DNA from: Trichoplax sp. H2 | Taxonomy: Eukaryota | DNA: 51,147 nt | Assembly: GCA_003344405.1 (NCBI GenBank) | Contig: NOWV01000314.1 | Location: forward strand, 1 to 51,147 | Direction: 5' to 3' | Shown here: positions 26,996 to 39,222 of the stretch, piece after piece | How the letters are laid out: each line of letters begins with the position of its first letter | How positions within the stretch are numbered: position 1 is the stretch's first letter | The notes under the pieces: generated by a model | What the model was told of the DNA's origin: nothing | What the model saw: the letters and a program-made list of their open reading frames with translations, nothing else | Databases searched by the model: none | Program-made: the position numbers and the translations under genes

Positions 26996-29360
26996 AAATT
27001 ATGATAATTTAAAATTGAAGAAAATAATGAAATTGGTATTGGAACAATAGAATAATTTGCGTTAATAAGACTTTATTCTTGATTATATCGACGTGGGAGA
27101 AAATCTTAGATCTTAATTATTTTAACAGATTTGATCATATTTGCTAAAGGAAATAAAAGATAGACGTAGCTTAAATGAAAAAGATTACCATAGAAACAGG
27201 CTCGTTTGCTAAAAAATTCATATTGCTGGATGCCCATTTTTGCAAATTTAATTGATAATGCATTCCAGTACAGTGTAGAAATAAAGATGCTATTTCGCGA
27301 ACAGTTAGCATTAGAATGCTTAATAACAGGTATAGCTCATCTTAATTTAATTAATTCTATGCAAAAATGCTTGAATAGAAAGTTCTTTACTGCAGCAGTA
27401 GAATAGAATAAATAAAATTATGCCAATAAAAGTATTTTCACAAAATAGAATTGGATAGCATTCATATCAAAGTAATCTTAAAACAAATGAATCCATATTT
27501 ATTTTGCCGTAATTCATCTGGAGGTTTAATGGTAACATTTTTTACAATAATTTATTGGCGTCCTTCTTTCGCGGCCACAATAATTTCATTTTACTAACAT
27601 AGAAGATCCCTCAAGTTAATTTCAATAAATATTTTATTTAATTTATTACTACATTAATATTTCTAGTTAATAACAATAATTGTAACTACGAAAATAGAAT
27701 GAAAATTTAATGGTGTGAATAGCTATAGAAACCAATAATTTTATGATTCAATAAGAATAATAAACTATTACAATATTTTTACATTATTTCATAGCAAGTT
27801 ACATTATTATTTTTTTCTTTCTGTCATTGGCTGTTAAATCTCAGCTGTAAATACTTAAATATAATCAGTATACCTTAGCTCTATTTCTCTCACTGTTACA
27901 TCAAAATATCGGTAGAATACAGAAGTCATAATTGTAGTGTTTACTTCTAAATACGGTATAGTCTATTTTTAATAAAAGTCAATTTCCACTAGATTGTAGC
28001 ATAACTCTAAATATGCATAATTTATATTTAACAAAATACTCTGTGGAAATCGCTTTGAATCTAGCTGAATTATATCGTAGCCCTGTCTTAACATAGAAGT
28101 AACATATTCTTATTATTCATTTATGATTTCCTCCTGCTGTGCTTCATACATTATAAAAGCTATCTTCTTTCACCTATCTCGTTAGTTAGTTCTGCTAGTT
28201 ACACAGTAAGCTTGCACGCTTTACCTATTCTACATTACTATAGCTATTCGACTAGTCACGTCGTTATACACGCTGTAATCTCACACGGTTTTTCCCTTTG
28301 CACTAATTCCAATAAACTTTATTCCTCTACTAAATTAACTCTGGTAATTTACTGTGATCATGACGAATCCACAATCTTCCGAAACATCACCATAATAATG
28401 ATCATATCCTTTACTAATGTATAATTTACCTGCATAAATATATACGTACGAATACATTCCGTACTTATTATGAAATTATTTTACACATACTAGTATTACT
28501 GCAGTACATATGATACTGTTAACTGTTGTAACTAGGATCAGTAGAAATCTACTTAATAAATAACTGTTTAAAAGCAATTTCACTTGTTCATTTAATTATC
28601 CACGGTGTACGTTGTGATATTGTGTGAATAACTAACTATAAAAATAGGGGTAAACTTAGGGCTTAAATATCGGAGTAAACACATTAAGGCGATAGATATT
28701 TGGTAAGTTCGTACTAACAGCTGCTCGTGCTATTGCATATTTGCAACTCTATTCTATACATATCAAACTATACTACTAGAAAATTAGAATTAAATCTAGA
28801 ATTGAATGCGCCATAGACAACAGCATTAGTACTACGTGCATATTTTAATTAGATTTTCCAAAGTAAATGGGTCAAATATCTAAAAAATTTTATTAAGAGA
28901 AACTAGTCAAATACGTTACCCGTTCAAATAAATGGGAACACATTCTAAACAAAACATATCACTAAAAGAAAATTCACAGCTAGGTTATCATATTATATAT
29001 GGATTTTCTCTTTGCAGTGGCAATACATAAATCAAATTTGTTGCATCCGTTTTATCTGGTAAGAGCTTTCATATGTAAATCACTGCTTGTAAACTTAGAG
29101 TATTCGATTTTAAAAGGGATAATAATTGTTAGTGTTTGAAGGATGCACATGTTTATAGCTTAGTCTATACCTATGTTATTAAACACCTTGAAATCAAAAC
29201 AATTTTCGTGTTTAAAAGACAGTCCCGTTTATAGCTAAATGTATACCCACAATATTGAAAGCCTTGAATTAAACAACACTGATAATTAAAAAGTCCTTGT
29301 ATGTGTATGTGATACGGTACAGTTTCAAGATAACTACTGGTTTATTAAAATGGAAGCTTG

Positions 29361-30989
29361 CTATTTGTAATTTATCCACGTAGCCAAGAATAAGATGACT
29401 GCAATCAGAGTATAGTGCAATGATAATGGCGATGCACCAGACGAACTAGGGTAAATATTACAATCCAATTGGCCCGCAGTTGGCGTTTTTATTGCATCTG
29501 GCATACTAAAATAAATTGAAATAGATTTTTCAATTAATCCATATACGGATCTAAATTATCCTATTTTCAAATGCTATTTCTTCCTTACCAATTTACAGCA
29601 GCCGTACATTCTTCCCTACTCCAGCCAAAAGTAATTATTCCATCTTGAGCTGCATTACAAGCTACTGAAGCTTGGCATGCAAACTTTGTCCATCTATTGA
29701 TACAGTCTGAACTAACTCCAAGTAGGTTATAACCTACACGCAATGCTAAGACCGAAGCTCCTTGTCTTTGTAGAATTGGAACGGCCCATGGAGGTACGGT
29801 AACATTGGGAAAAGTACCACAAATTCCAGGACTTAAACTAGTAATTCTCGAGCTAACACAAGTATTTAGACTAAATTGCCGACCAGATAAATTACATAAT
29901 GATGCAGGAGTTCGGCTGATTGTTGTAAATATACCATTTGGGCATGAAGTGAGCGATAAACATGGTTGGGTTATAGTTAAGTACGATGCTGTCGTTAAGT
30001 TTGAAAAACATTTTGGTAATAGTCCTTTACAGAGAACTTCTTTTGTATTAAATAGGCACTGAGGAGTAAAACTAGATGCTCGTGTGTTTATGTAATCGAC
30101 GATAAAATCCATTTGCTTGGCAATGCCTCTCATATAGGACGAGGGAACAGAATAAGACATATTACAAAATGACATAATTCTGTTGCTTGGTTGCATGCAT
30201 GAATTTAAAGCACCTTCGTCTTTGATGTATTTCAAATCAGATATTGTACTTCTTGTTAATCTAGTTTCCTAAAAAATAGAAAGAAGATTATTAATTTAAT
30301 TCAAATGAGTTATTGATATTTCTATAAAATCCTAGTGATAATATTAAAGCGATATTGAAAGAAAGGATATTTTTCAGCTCATTTTAGGTCACTTGACGAT
30401 TTCAATAATAGATTGACAGTAGATGATATTTAAAGCCAGTATTTATAGTAATAACCAATTTTATAATACAAAATGATAACTAATTCAAGTTGAACAGGTG
30501 ACAGCATTGTTTCCAAAACTCGAAATTGGTTGGAATGGCAATGATTGAAAGGGCCACAAATAGCAGTATAGACGTAAACTATATTAACAGTCAAGGATTG
30601 TTTTAAGCGGCAGACAATTTTACAATTCTTAGTAAGAAATAGTAAAGGCATTGCAGATTGCTGTCACTTTTCTTTACTGTGTTTAACTCTTATTAAACTG
30701 CTCCTACTTGTTATAAGCGACGGATGATATACAATTCTCCATAGGAAATAGAAAAATCAGTACAAATTATTACTTTCACTTTGCTTTAGTGTGTTTAATT
30801 CTTATTAAAGTGCTCATACTTGTTTTAAGCGACAGGTAATGTACAATTGGGAAGTAGTTAAGGTAGTGCAGATTATTGTTTTCACTTTTCGTGTTTAATC
30901 CTTATTAAAATGCTCATACTTACTTTATTTCCATGGACCATGGAATGGAAACAAATAATAGCTGCGACTATTGTGAAGATAGACTTCAT
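29361..30989 (-). CDS. Secreted, probably GPI-anchored protein with two tandem Frizzled-like cysteine-rich domains (paralog 2), 3 exons, 296 aa
   Basis: Exons 30989-30924 (MKSIFTIVAAIICFHSMVHG-NK), 30268-29589 and 29505-29361; same intron positions and phases as paralog 1, with conserved Cys. Ends QLDCNIYPSSSGASPLSLHYTLIAVILFLATWINYK*. Confidence 0.8.
30655..30922. repeat. Three ~110-bp direct repeats at the 5' end of intron 1 of CRD paralog 2
   Basis: 'cactttt...gtgtttaa.tcttattaaa.tgctcatactt' at ~30665, 30777 and 30883; the last copy includes the splice donor. Confidence 0.75.
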
Positions 30990-33804
30990 TCTTCCTTTTT
31001 TCAATCGTACGACTTCTAAAATATATCATAAAAATATATTATCTATTTAGTTTTTTATTATATCGTAATCATTCTATGGATTTTATGGGCCGAAATTGTA
31101 AGATCGAAATGGCTACTGATTAATTCACGTTAACATCCATTGGCTCAATTTTGGTTGAAAATTTATTTGTAAATAAAGAATGAAAAGTAATTGGTAATTT
31201 AATATTGCATGATAATTTCTTTTAGAAAGTGTTAGAAGAGTTTTGGTGTGCATAAACTGGTAACATTAACAAGCATAGCTATACGACAGGAATTTATTAA
31301 TGCTTCCATTTGATTACACTTGAGATAATTTTTAATTTCAATCTGTGAAATGAACAATTAAAATTAAAAAACTTCCAGTTTCATTCTCGAAATGATGCCA
31401 ATTTGCACGATCTAGTAGTATCCAACGCATCGTATGAGTATTAAAATAGTGGTAAAGGAAGAAGCAGCCTTAACTCTCTACATAGCTGCAGATAGTACAT
31501 GCTTAGAGCCAATTTTAGACATCAATAATATAATTTTAAACAAGCAAGCTTCTATCAACTTACATTTCAAGCTTAATCGCTCTATTAATAGTTAATCTAA
31601 CCTTATAGGAAATTACTCGTCTACACTACTACAGTAAAAAAGTTTTATTACTCTTGTCGATAACCAACTCTTAAAATTTATAATAAAGACTCTGTAGTAG
31701 TTAAGTAACGAAATTTACTCATCTTATAAAATAATTCAAAAGGGATATTGCGATACAAACTCAATTCGTAGTATAATCCGCTAATATAACGGTGCAAATT
31801 GGTAGTTCATTCGCTCTAGATAGAATTATTTCTAATTAAAATTGGGTATTAATGATATAAAAGTTAATACATATCCTTGAATGTAGTGTGGGCCACTTAC
31901 AACAATTACTATAGATTCCAACATTATTATAATTACTGTTTGATCACTGCAATATTAATAAAGCATCCATTGTAGTATCACGCTAAAGACGAAACAGTTT
32001 GTTGAATAAGTATTTATTTCATTTATTGGGAATTTGAGTAGCTATAACATTCAGTACTCGAAGGGCAATATGCTTTAAGATGTTGTAATCTACACATTAA
32101 GGTCTACTCATGTAATTTTACCGATAGGTCTTTCCCTGCAGGGCGATCATAGTTTGGGATGGCTTTTATAGTAAGTTGAATTCTTGTCTTGAAAAGGTTA
32201 TGACAATACTAGTTGAAAATGTCAATTTACAACTCAAGATAATCTATCAAATATCTTTAAGAGGGAACGATAAAATTAATTGAAACGCCGAATGACTACT
32301 AAAAGATGATCTATGGCATATTAATATTGAATCTTTCTATTTTAACTGAGTAAGGATTAGAAGATGTGTTACCGATTCTTTTCAGAATTGGAGCTATTTT
32401 ACTCTCCGACATTATCGTTCTCGGCGTTCATGTTCGCCAAGAAAAATTGATAACGGTCGCAAGCGATTCTACGTTCTTCGAAGTAGAAGATAATCCAAGC
32501 ATTTTTAGCTTTTCTACCCAGCATTAGCCAAGTGCCGCCTACTGTGTTGGCCATTTACCTTATTTTTTCACGAATAAGTACCCTATACAGTGTGCAGTGA
32601 CTATCTAATATACTATTTATCAGTTCTATAGCATACTCGTACAGTATCGCGTAGCCATGCTTGTCATTTTGTAAGAGCAGTATTTCAATCCAATCATGGA
32701 AAACCGAATGGCTTGATATTGAAGACTACGCTACAGTCACTTATAAATTCTTCTACACCATTTGATGATTGTAGCCTACGCTTTTATTTAGCTTGTCCAG
32801 CTTGCCCGGTGCGATTAGAAAACCAAGTTGTTGGTAAATAAAGAAATAATCGGGAGCTTTTCAATAGCCGATTAAGGGATAGAATCAATATGCTTGTATT
32901 AGTCGTTATGGTCACTGGTAAAGCAGGAAATTGGACATTGTATGGACTATCCATTCGGTCGTGAACATGGCCGTTGTTCTTGAACCCAATGACTTTATGG
33001 AACCAGTACTAGCAACATCGGTATACAATGTTTTTTTTCCAAACCATCTCATGATCATAGGGGATGTTTAAATAAATCACGACTTAGAAAATAAACTCGA
33101 TATCTATTAAAATCACTGGCATGTTGGACCTTTCAATATGATCAATTCTATTAATTAATTTTGTACTGGTAATAATTATAATTATACCAGATATTTTAAC
33201 TATTCTATCATTTGGCAAAATTAATATTGCAGCGGTTAGGGCCATTAATATTGTAGTATTTGGATATTACAGACCGCCTCTAATCCTAACAGACTTTTTT
33301 TTATTATTGAACTGAAGTTTATCAGTTGGTAAGGCAAACAAATCTCTTATTACTGGAAAAGCCCCATTCCCGATAGTAGCGGCTTTACTCAGAACATTAT
33401 TGCCAACACACCAATTATCATAAAGATCTTTAATTTAGTCTCTTGATCTTGACGATCGAGAGACCAATGTTAAAATATCTATTCTTAAGTTACTACACTA
33501 GGCCTTGCTGGCAATAACCAACAAGATGACAAAAACAGTCAACAGAACAAAATTGTGCGTTTGGCGAATCCTCCCCCCCCCCAAAAAAAAAATGTCCTAT
33601 AAAAACCAAAGATGAATTATAATTTTTTTCTATCCATACCTGATTAGTTTTTTAAATTGCGCTAATGTGATTTTTGTTGACTTGATCCGAGCAAGCAAGC
33701 TAAAATACAAAGTTGTGGTGAAAATCAGTTAGGTTGTTGAATTGAGATGCTTGATTCAAAGTCGCTATATTAATCTGCGAATCAATAGCAGAAATAACCT
33801 TGAA

Positions 33805-33847
33805 AATACTTTGTCCTTGTTCATAACTTGAACAAGGACAAAGTATT
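33805..33847. repeat. Perfect 19-bp inverted repeat with 5-nt loop
   Basis: AATACTTTGTCCTTGTTCA-TAACT-TGAACAAGGACAAAGTATT. Confidence 0.9.
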
Positions 33848-34753
33848 ATTGTCATAACAACTTTACAAAAGTAGAAACAATAACATAAATGGTTATAGTA
33901 TTGTAAATAGTCTCCCTATTGACATCAGTAATTTATTTTTCTGCCGGCATTTGTTCAGTTGAATTCTAGCCAGCCTATTATTGAACAGAGCTAGTAAATA
34001 AAATGGAAAATGATTACTGCAGTCTGTTGGTATTGATAGCTATGTCTAGTCAGCGTTATAGAAACTGTTGCGGTCTAATAAAAGTATTCTACCAGTAGGG
34101 GGAATGAAATTTGTTATTGGATTTATCTGTAATCTATCAAGTCCTCATCAAGTGAACATACTGTATGATACTTTGAAAGCTTAATGTAGTAATCACAGAG
34201 CATCATGGCCTTAAGTTTCTATGATGTTCTGGTTCAGAATTTAATCCAGATATAGTAGGCAGTACAGGATACTAAGGTAGACCTGATCTTGATAGTGTTG
34301 TTGAAATGAATTCGAGTATGACGAAATATCCCTTAAGATTTTTCAGTCAATCATCTGTAGCATCGAGTAAAAAACCCAAGCGAATCAATGGAAAATCCAC
34401 TTGGAAACATCAACTACACACCGGACTGCCGAGCAAATACTCGTAGAGTGGCGTATTTTCAATCAAATCAAGTATCTAGTTCATGTACAATAGTTTATGG
34501 AGCTGTAAAGTGTACAGGTGTCCATTTGTCCAATTGCAATGGCGTCCGTAAGGATTCACGAACCTGCCGACTAATAATTAGTTAATTTATTCATAGCAAG
34601 ACTGAACAATGGTCAACATTGCAGCACAGTACTTTTGCCGAGAGTAGAGAGTGCATTAATTAATTAAAACTGTAATAGCCACGGCAATATATTAAGCAAT
34701 AGCTATTGGTTTGCAACATTTGGCGTTCTTGTTACAGGCAAAGGAGTACCATC

Positions 34754-35860
34754 ATGGCAGAACAAGTCATTCGAACTGATATTTTTGATTATGAAGCAGC
34801 ATTTCTTGCTTACAAGGATTCCAACAATGATCATGAGAAATTATCGCTGTTCAATCACACCTTCTTAAAACTCCTGGAAGATCAAGGATTGTTTTGTCGT
34901 GAGGATCAAACCACTTTAGTGGGCGACATTGGCTGTGGCGATGGAGGAGCAACTGTCCATTACTTAAAAAATATCCAATTTAAAGGTGGATTAGATGTTC
35001 GAGTCACCGATAAGCAACCAGAATTTGCCGGTAGCGACACATCGTCAGATCAGAATAAAAATTCCAAAGCATGTCTAGCAGAAGAGATCCTCTCCAATGC
35101 CAAACAATCACAGATTATCCCATTAAAGAATTACCAAGTAAGGTATGGCGATATATTAGCAGATGATGTCGCACAATTGCTGTATACCAATGAGGAAATG
35201 AAAGCTTCAATGAATCGATTTGATCTTGTCTATCTGTCTCACATTCTCTACTACGCACGCTATAATCATCAAAATGGACGTTATGGCGTAACCCATGTTG
35301 TAGACAGCGTAGCAACGGATTTATTATCGGAGAATGGCGTTGCAATATTATTCCACAGTGGGCTTCGATTTAGCAAGTACGCCTATTTCCGAATAGCCTA
35401 TTTCACCCGAGGTGTTATCCAGAATGTTGATCCAACTGATGAGGAAATTAAAAGATTATCCACTGATTGTGCTATTAGGGACGCTTGCAATGAATTAGGG
35501 TTAACTTGTTTCGAGATACCCTACAAGTTCGATCTGTGCTTTTCCAAAGATATTCGAAAGTATAGTGATATCTACAAGGATCCTAGCCGATATCATGAAT
35601 TGCGAGGTAATCCTTCTGCGATAAAGGATTTACGCGTAATCATATTTATGTCTCATCGCTCACCGGAAGATCTCTATGCAGATAAATCTCCTCGAGGATT
35701 AAACAATTTAGTCGATAGAATCGTCGATGCTGTGGAGAATAATGGTTGCGTAGACCTATTTTCTTTTATGCAAATCATCTTGAGCAGAAAAGCAAGCGCC
35801 GAATTTAAGCAGAAGATAGAAAGAGCTGTAAAGGAATGCCAGAATCAACTTTGTAGCTAG
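34754..35860 (+). CDS. Class I SAM-dependent methyltransferase, histamine N-methyltransferase-like (copy A), 368 aa
   Basis: Motif I VGDIGCGDG, acidic residue after strand 2 (VRVTDK), GD motif, and FDLVYLSHILYY (cf. HNMT xDFIHMIQMLYY). ATG at 34754 chosen by alignment with the three paralogs; acceptor-like 'ttgttacag' at 34737. Confidence 0.88.
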   Translation: MAEQVIRTDIFDYEAAFLAYKDSNNDHEKLSLFNHTFLKLLEDQGLFCREDQTTLVGDIGCGDGGATVHYLKNIQFKGGLDVRVTDKQPEFAGSDTSSDQNKNSKACLAEEILSNAKQSQIIPLKNYQVRYGDILADDVAQLLYTNEEMKASMNRFDLVYLSHILYYARYNHQNGRYGVTHVVDSVATDLLSENGVAILFHSGLRFSKYAYFRIAYFTRGVIQNVDPTDEEIKRLSTDCAIRDACNELGLTCFEIPYKFDLCFSKDIRKYSDIYKDPSRYHELRGNPSAIKDLRVIIFMSHRSPEDLYADKSPRGLNNLVDRIVDAVENNGCVDLFSFMQIILSRKASAEFKQKIERAVKECQNQLCS

Positions 35861-38106
35861 ACACCCGCACAATTTTCTGCTCAAAGTGATGCCATGCTTA
35901 GCATGGGTCAAATTTTCGTTCTATCATGCCTAATTACATTCTGTTTCTTCCCGTTATAATTATTCATTCAATTTATCTATCCATTTTTCAACCGACTGTG
36001 AAATTATTTTAACCGGAATAAACTATTTTCTATTAATCACAGATTATTTTAGTCAAGCTTGCAATCACGACATAGTAAGTGATATTCATTCCTAAAATAT
36101 CTATCTCCTACTTTCAGCATAAATTTCAACATAGAATTGAAATAATCATTACAGTAGTGCTTATATACGTTCGTAAGTTTTTTTTTTTTAACGAGCACAT
36201 TCTTGGGTAAATAGATATAAATAACTGAATAAATAGTTTGCAATGCACAAAATTCTACTTGGTGTATATTATTTAATTTGGATAAGATCGTTGCTATTAC
36301 GTCAAAATAAGCACTCTTGTTACGTTAAGTCGTTAAGAAATCTTCATTTGTTAAGCTAGAATACTCCTTCTGGAAGAGATTTCTACATTGCGAAGATGCT
36401 TTCTTTCCCAGTAGTCTATGGCAGACCTCAATAATTCATTGTTAGTGATTTACAGAAGATTACCTTTACATTCTGTCATTTCTTATTACGGTTTGGAAAT
36501 GAACCAATAATTATATAATCTGTAATGTGAATCCAGTCAAAATTTTTAGAATGCTAATTGAATATTAATACATCGACATTATTTTGGCTCAGCAATGCCT
36601 ATGCATAAGAAATGAAACCCTAAATAGTAATGCCATTTCACAAGTAAGCTAATGTAATCTAAAGTTTCTTAAAATCGTTTCAATGTAAGCAATACATTAT
36701 CACATTGACTAAGAGCAGCAAAGATCAATCTCTAGTATGGAAGAGTTTGAAGAATCGTGAGCATAAATTTGTGAGTGTAAGATACATTCATTATCACTGT
36801 ACAAGTTAAATCAAATTGATTAAGTGCATATAGAAAATTTGATAACCGTTAAGGCAATCATAAACTTGAATAACAATTTATTTCTAAATATCGATAAATA
36901 TATATCACAGAACTACATTACGACAGTCATTAATTCTGTTCACTACATTGCCTGTTATCTGCATCCCAATAATAATTTATCTGTTGAGTGATCTTCTAAA
37001 TTTGCTATACATTTTTATACAATAATATGCATGTAATTGACATCCCTAGGTGCCATCTTTTTTGTAAGTTATTCATGCAATATCAGAATGCGTACCATTG
37101 AGGAAGAAATAAAAGGCACGATTTCCTTTTATGTCTTTATTCATTATATAGAAATAAATATACTCGTAGTCTTTCGCAAATTATATTATTCGCTTTAGAA
37201 TGCTCAACTGATTCAGCGAATTTTTTATCTGATTGGTTTCACAAAATAACTTATTCACTAATGGATGCATACTCAAAGTAGAATAGAGCACATAAGTAAA
37301 TTTTGATAAAATAATATTAGCAAAGTATTTGCACAGAATAGAATTAGATTGGTTAGTCTTAATATCCAAGTAAAACGTAAACGAGTAAATCAATATTGAT
37401 TTTATTTGCAATTAGCCAGAAGAGATTGAATAGATATATTTTTGCAATAATTCTTGATGTCTGCTACATGCAGCTTTAGCACTAATTTTGTTCACATGAA
37501 AGTTTCCTTACTATTGCTTACTCCTGATAGATACCGAACATAATCGGCATGTTGCATAACTTTACCCGATTTCTCCTACCAATATCAGGATGTCGGCAGT
37601 AGCTGCTGTCGTAGCAATCACACTTACCTTGAATGCCAGTTACTCATGGTGACAACATCTTCCATCTCTGAACGCTGTAGTCAATAATATTATATCGTAC
37701 GGTAATACATGCAAAACAGTCACTATTGGTAGAAATATCAGTTCACAGTCTTAAAGACAAAATCGGTCTTATGGATGCTTGTAACCTATATAAGGGGGAA
37801 GAAATCAAATGTAGTAATGACAAGAGCATCAGGTTAGTGTCTAATTAATCTCACTCTTGGTGAATAGCAGCTCCAAAACTTTTATTCCAATGACTGTAAA
37901 TATGTTTACAATCCGTAGAAAAATAGACATCCAGTAAAATAGATCGAAAATTTAAATTAGGATTCAATAAGAAGTGGTTACTAAGAGCTTATAAATTGGG
38001 GGGATCCATCACTATCTTTGAATGCAATTAATTATCATAATACGAAATTAGTGAAAACTCTATCAATCTTAACGATTATTTCAAGCAAGAATAGGAATGA
38101 TGCTAA

Positions 38107-39222
38107 CTACGAGTCACAAAGTTTATTCTGACATATTTTCACAGCTTTTTCAATCTTCTGCTTAAATTCATCGCTTGCTTTTCTGCTTAGGATGACTTGC
38201 ATACACGAAACTACTTCAAAGCCATCATTATTGTCTATAGCATCAATCACTTTGTCCACAACATGGTTTAGTCCACGAGGAGATTGATCAGCGTGCATAT
38301 TATCCGGTGAGCGGTGACCAATAAATATGGTAGCGTACAAACCCTGTAGGGCGATAGCATTGCCCTGCAATTCGTGATATCTGCTGGGATCTTTGTAGAT
38401 ATCACTGTATTTTTTATATTCCTTAGATTGGAATAGCTTAAACGTGTACGGTATCTCAAAATAAGTTAATCCTAATTCATTGCACGAGCTCCTAATGATG
38501 TAATCAACCGATAAACTCTTATATTCTTCCTCGGTTGGAGTCTCATTTTCAATTACCCCTCTAGTATAGTAAGCTCTTGCCAAATATGAGTGAGGAACTG
38601 GTGAAAGGCTAGTATGGAATAGTATTGCAACGCCATCGTCTGACAATAAATTGCTTGCAACGCTATCAACAAGATTGGTCACGCCATAGCGACCATTTTT
38701 ATGTTGGCCACGGGCGTAGTAGACTGCATGAGACATAAAGACAAGATTAAATCGATTCATTGAAGTTTTCATTTCCTCATCTCGAAGCAGTAACTGCACA
38801 ACATCATCCTGCAAAATATCGCCATATTTAACTTGAAAACTCTTTAATGGGATAGTCTGTGCTTGTTCAACCTTGGAGAAATTTTCTTCTGCTAGGCCTT
38901 TTTCCTTTTTGCTATTTCCTTTCTCATCTGTAGATTGATCGATACCGGCAAACACTGGATGTTTGTCTATAGCTCTAATATCTAACCCTCCTTTAAATTC
39001 TACATTTTGCAGGTAACGGATAATTGCATCTGCGTCTCCACAGCCAATATCGCCGACTATAGTTGGTTGATCCTCACGACGAAACAAGCCATCACTTTCA
39101 AGTTCTTTTAAGAATGAGTGATTTAATAGAGATAATAACTGATGATCATTATTGCGACTCTTATAGCCAAGAAACGCTTTATCATATTCAAAAATATCAG
39201 TTCTAATCGTTTGTCCCTCCAT
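38107..39222 (-). CDS. Class I SAM-dependent methyltransferase, HNMT-like (copy B), 371 aa
   Basis: VGDIGCGDA, IRAIDK, FNLVFMSHAVYY; full-length alignment to copies A, C and D from MEGQTIRTDIF (ATG 39222). Confidence 0.88.
   Translation of the reverse strand: MEGQTIRTDIFEYDKAFLGYKSRNNDHQLLSLLNHSFLKELESDGLFRREDQPTIVGDIGCGDADAIIRYLQNVEFKGGLDIRAIDKHPVFAGIDQSTDEKGNSKKEKGLAEENFSKVEQAQTIPLKSFQVKYGDILQDDVVQLLLRDEEMKTSMNRFNLVFMSHAVYYARGQHKNGRYGVTNLVDSVASNLLSDDGVAILFHTSLSPVPHSYLARAYYTRGVIENETPTEEEYKSLSVDYIIRSSCNELGLTYFEIPYTFKLFQSKEYKKYSDIYKDPSRYHELQGNAIALQGLYATIFIGHRSPDNMHADQSPRGLNHVVDKVIDAIDNNDGFEVVSCMQVILSRKASDEFKQKIEKAVKICQNKLCDS

Noticed and set aside
32400..32530. Minus-strand peptide RKAKNAWIIFYFEERR resembling an HMG-box start
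   Set aside because: Stops after ~41 codons and lacks the remaining HMG helices; probably chance.
34706..34753. N-terminal extensions of methyltransferases A (TTG start) and B (GTG start at 39303) in the ORF track
   Set aside because: Non-ATG starts in a eukaryote; all four paralogs align from the downstream ATG.
37628..37675. Isolated minus-strand exon-like segment ending in a strong AAG|GTAAGT donor
   Set aside because: I could not find partner exons to build a gene.
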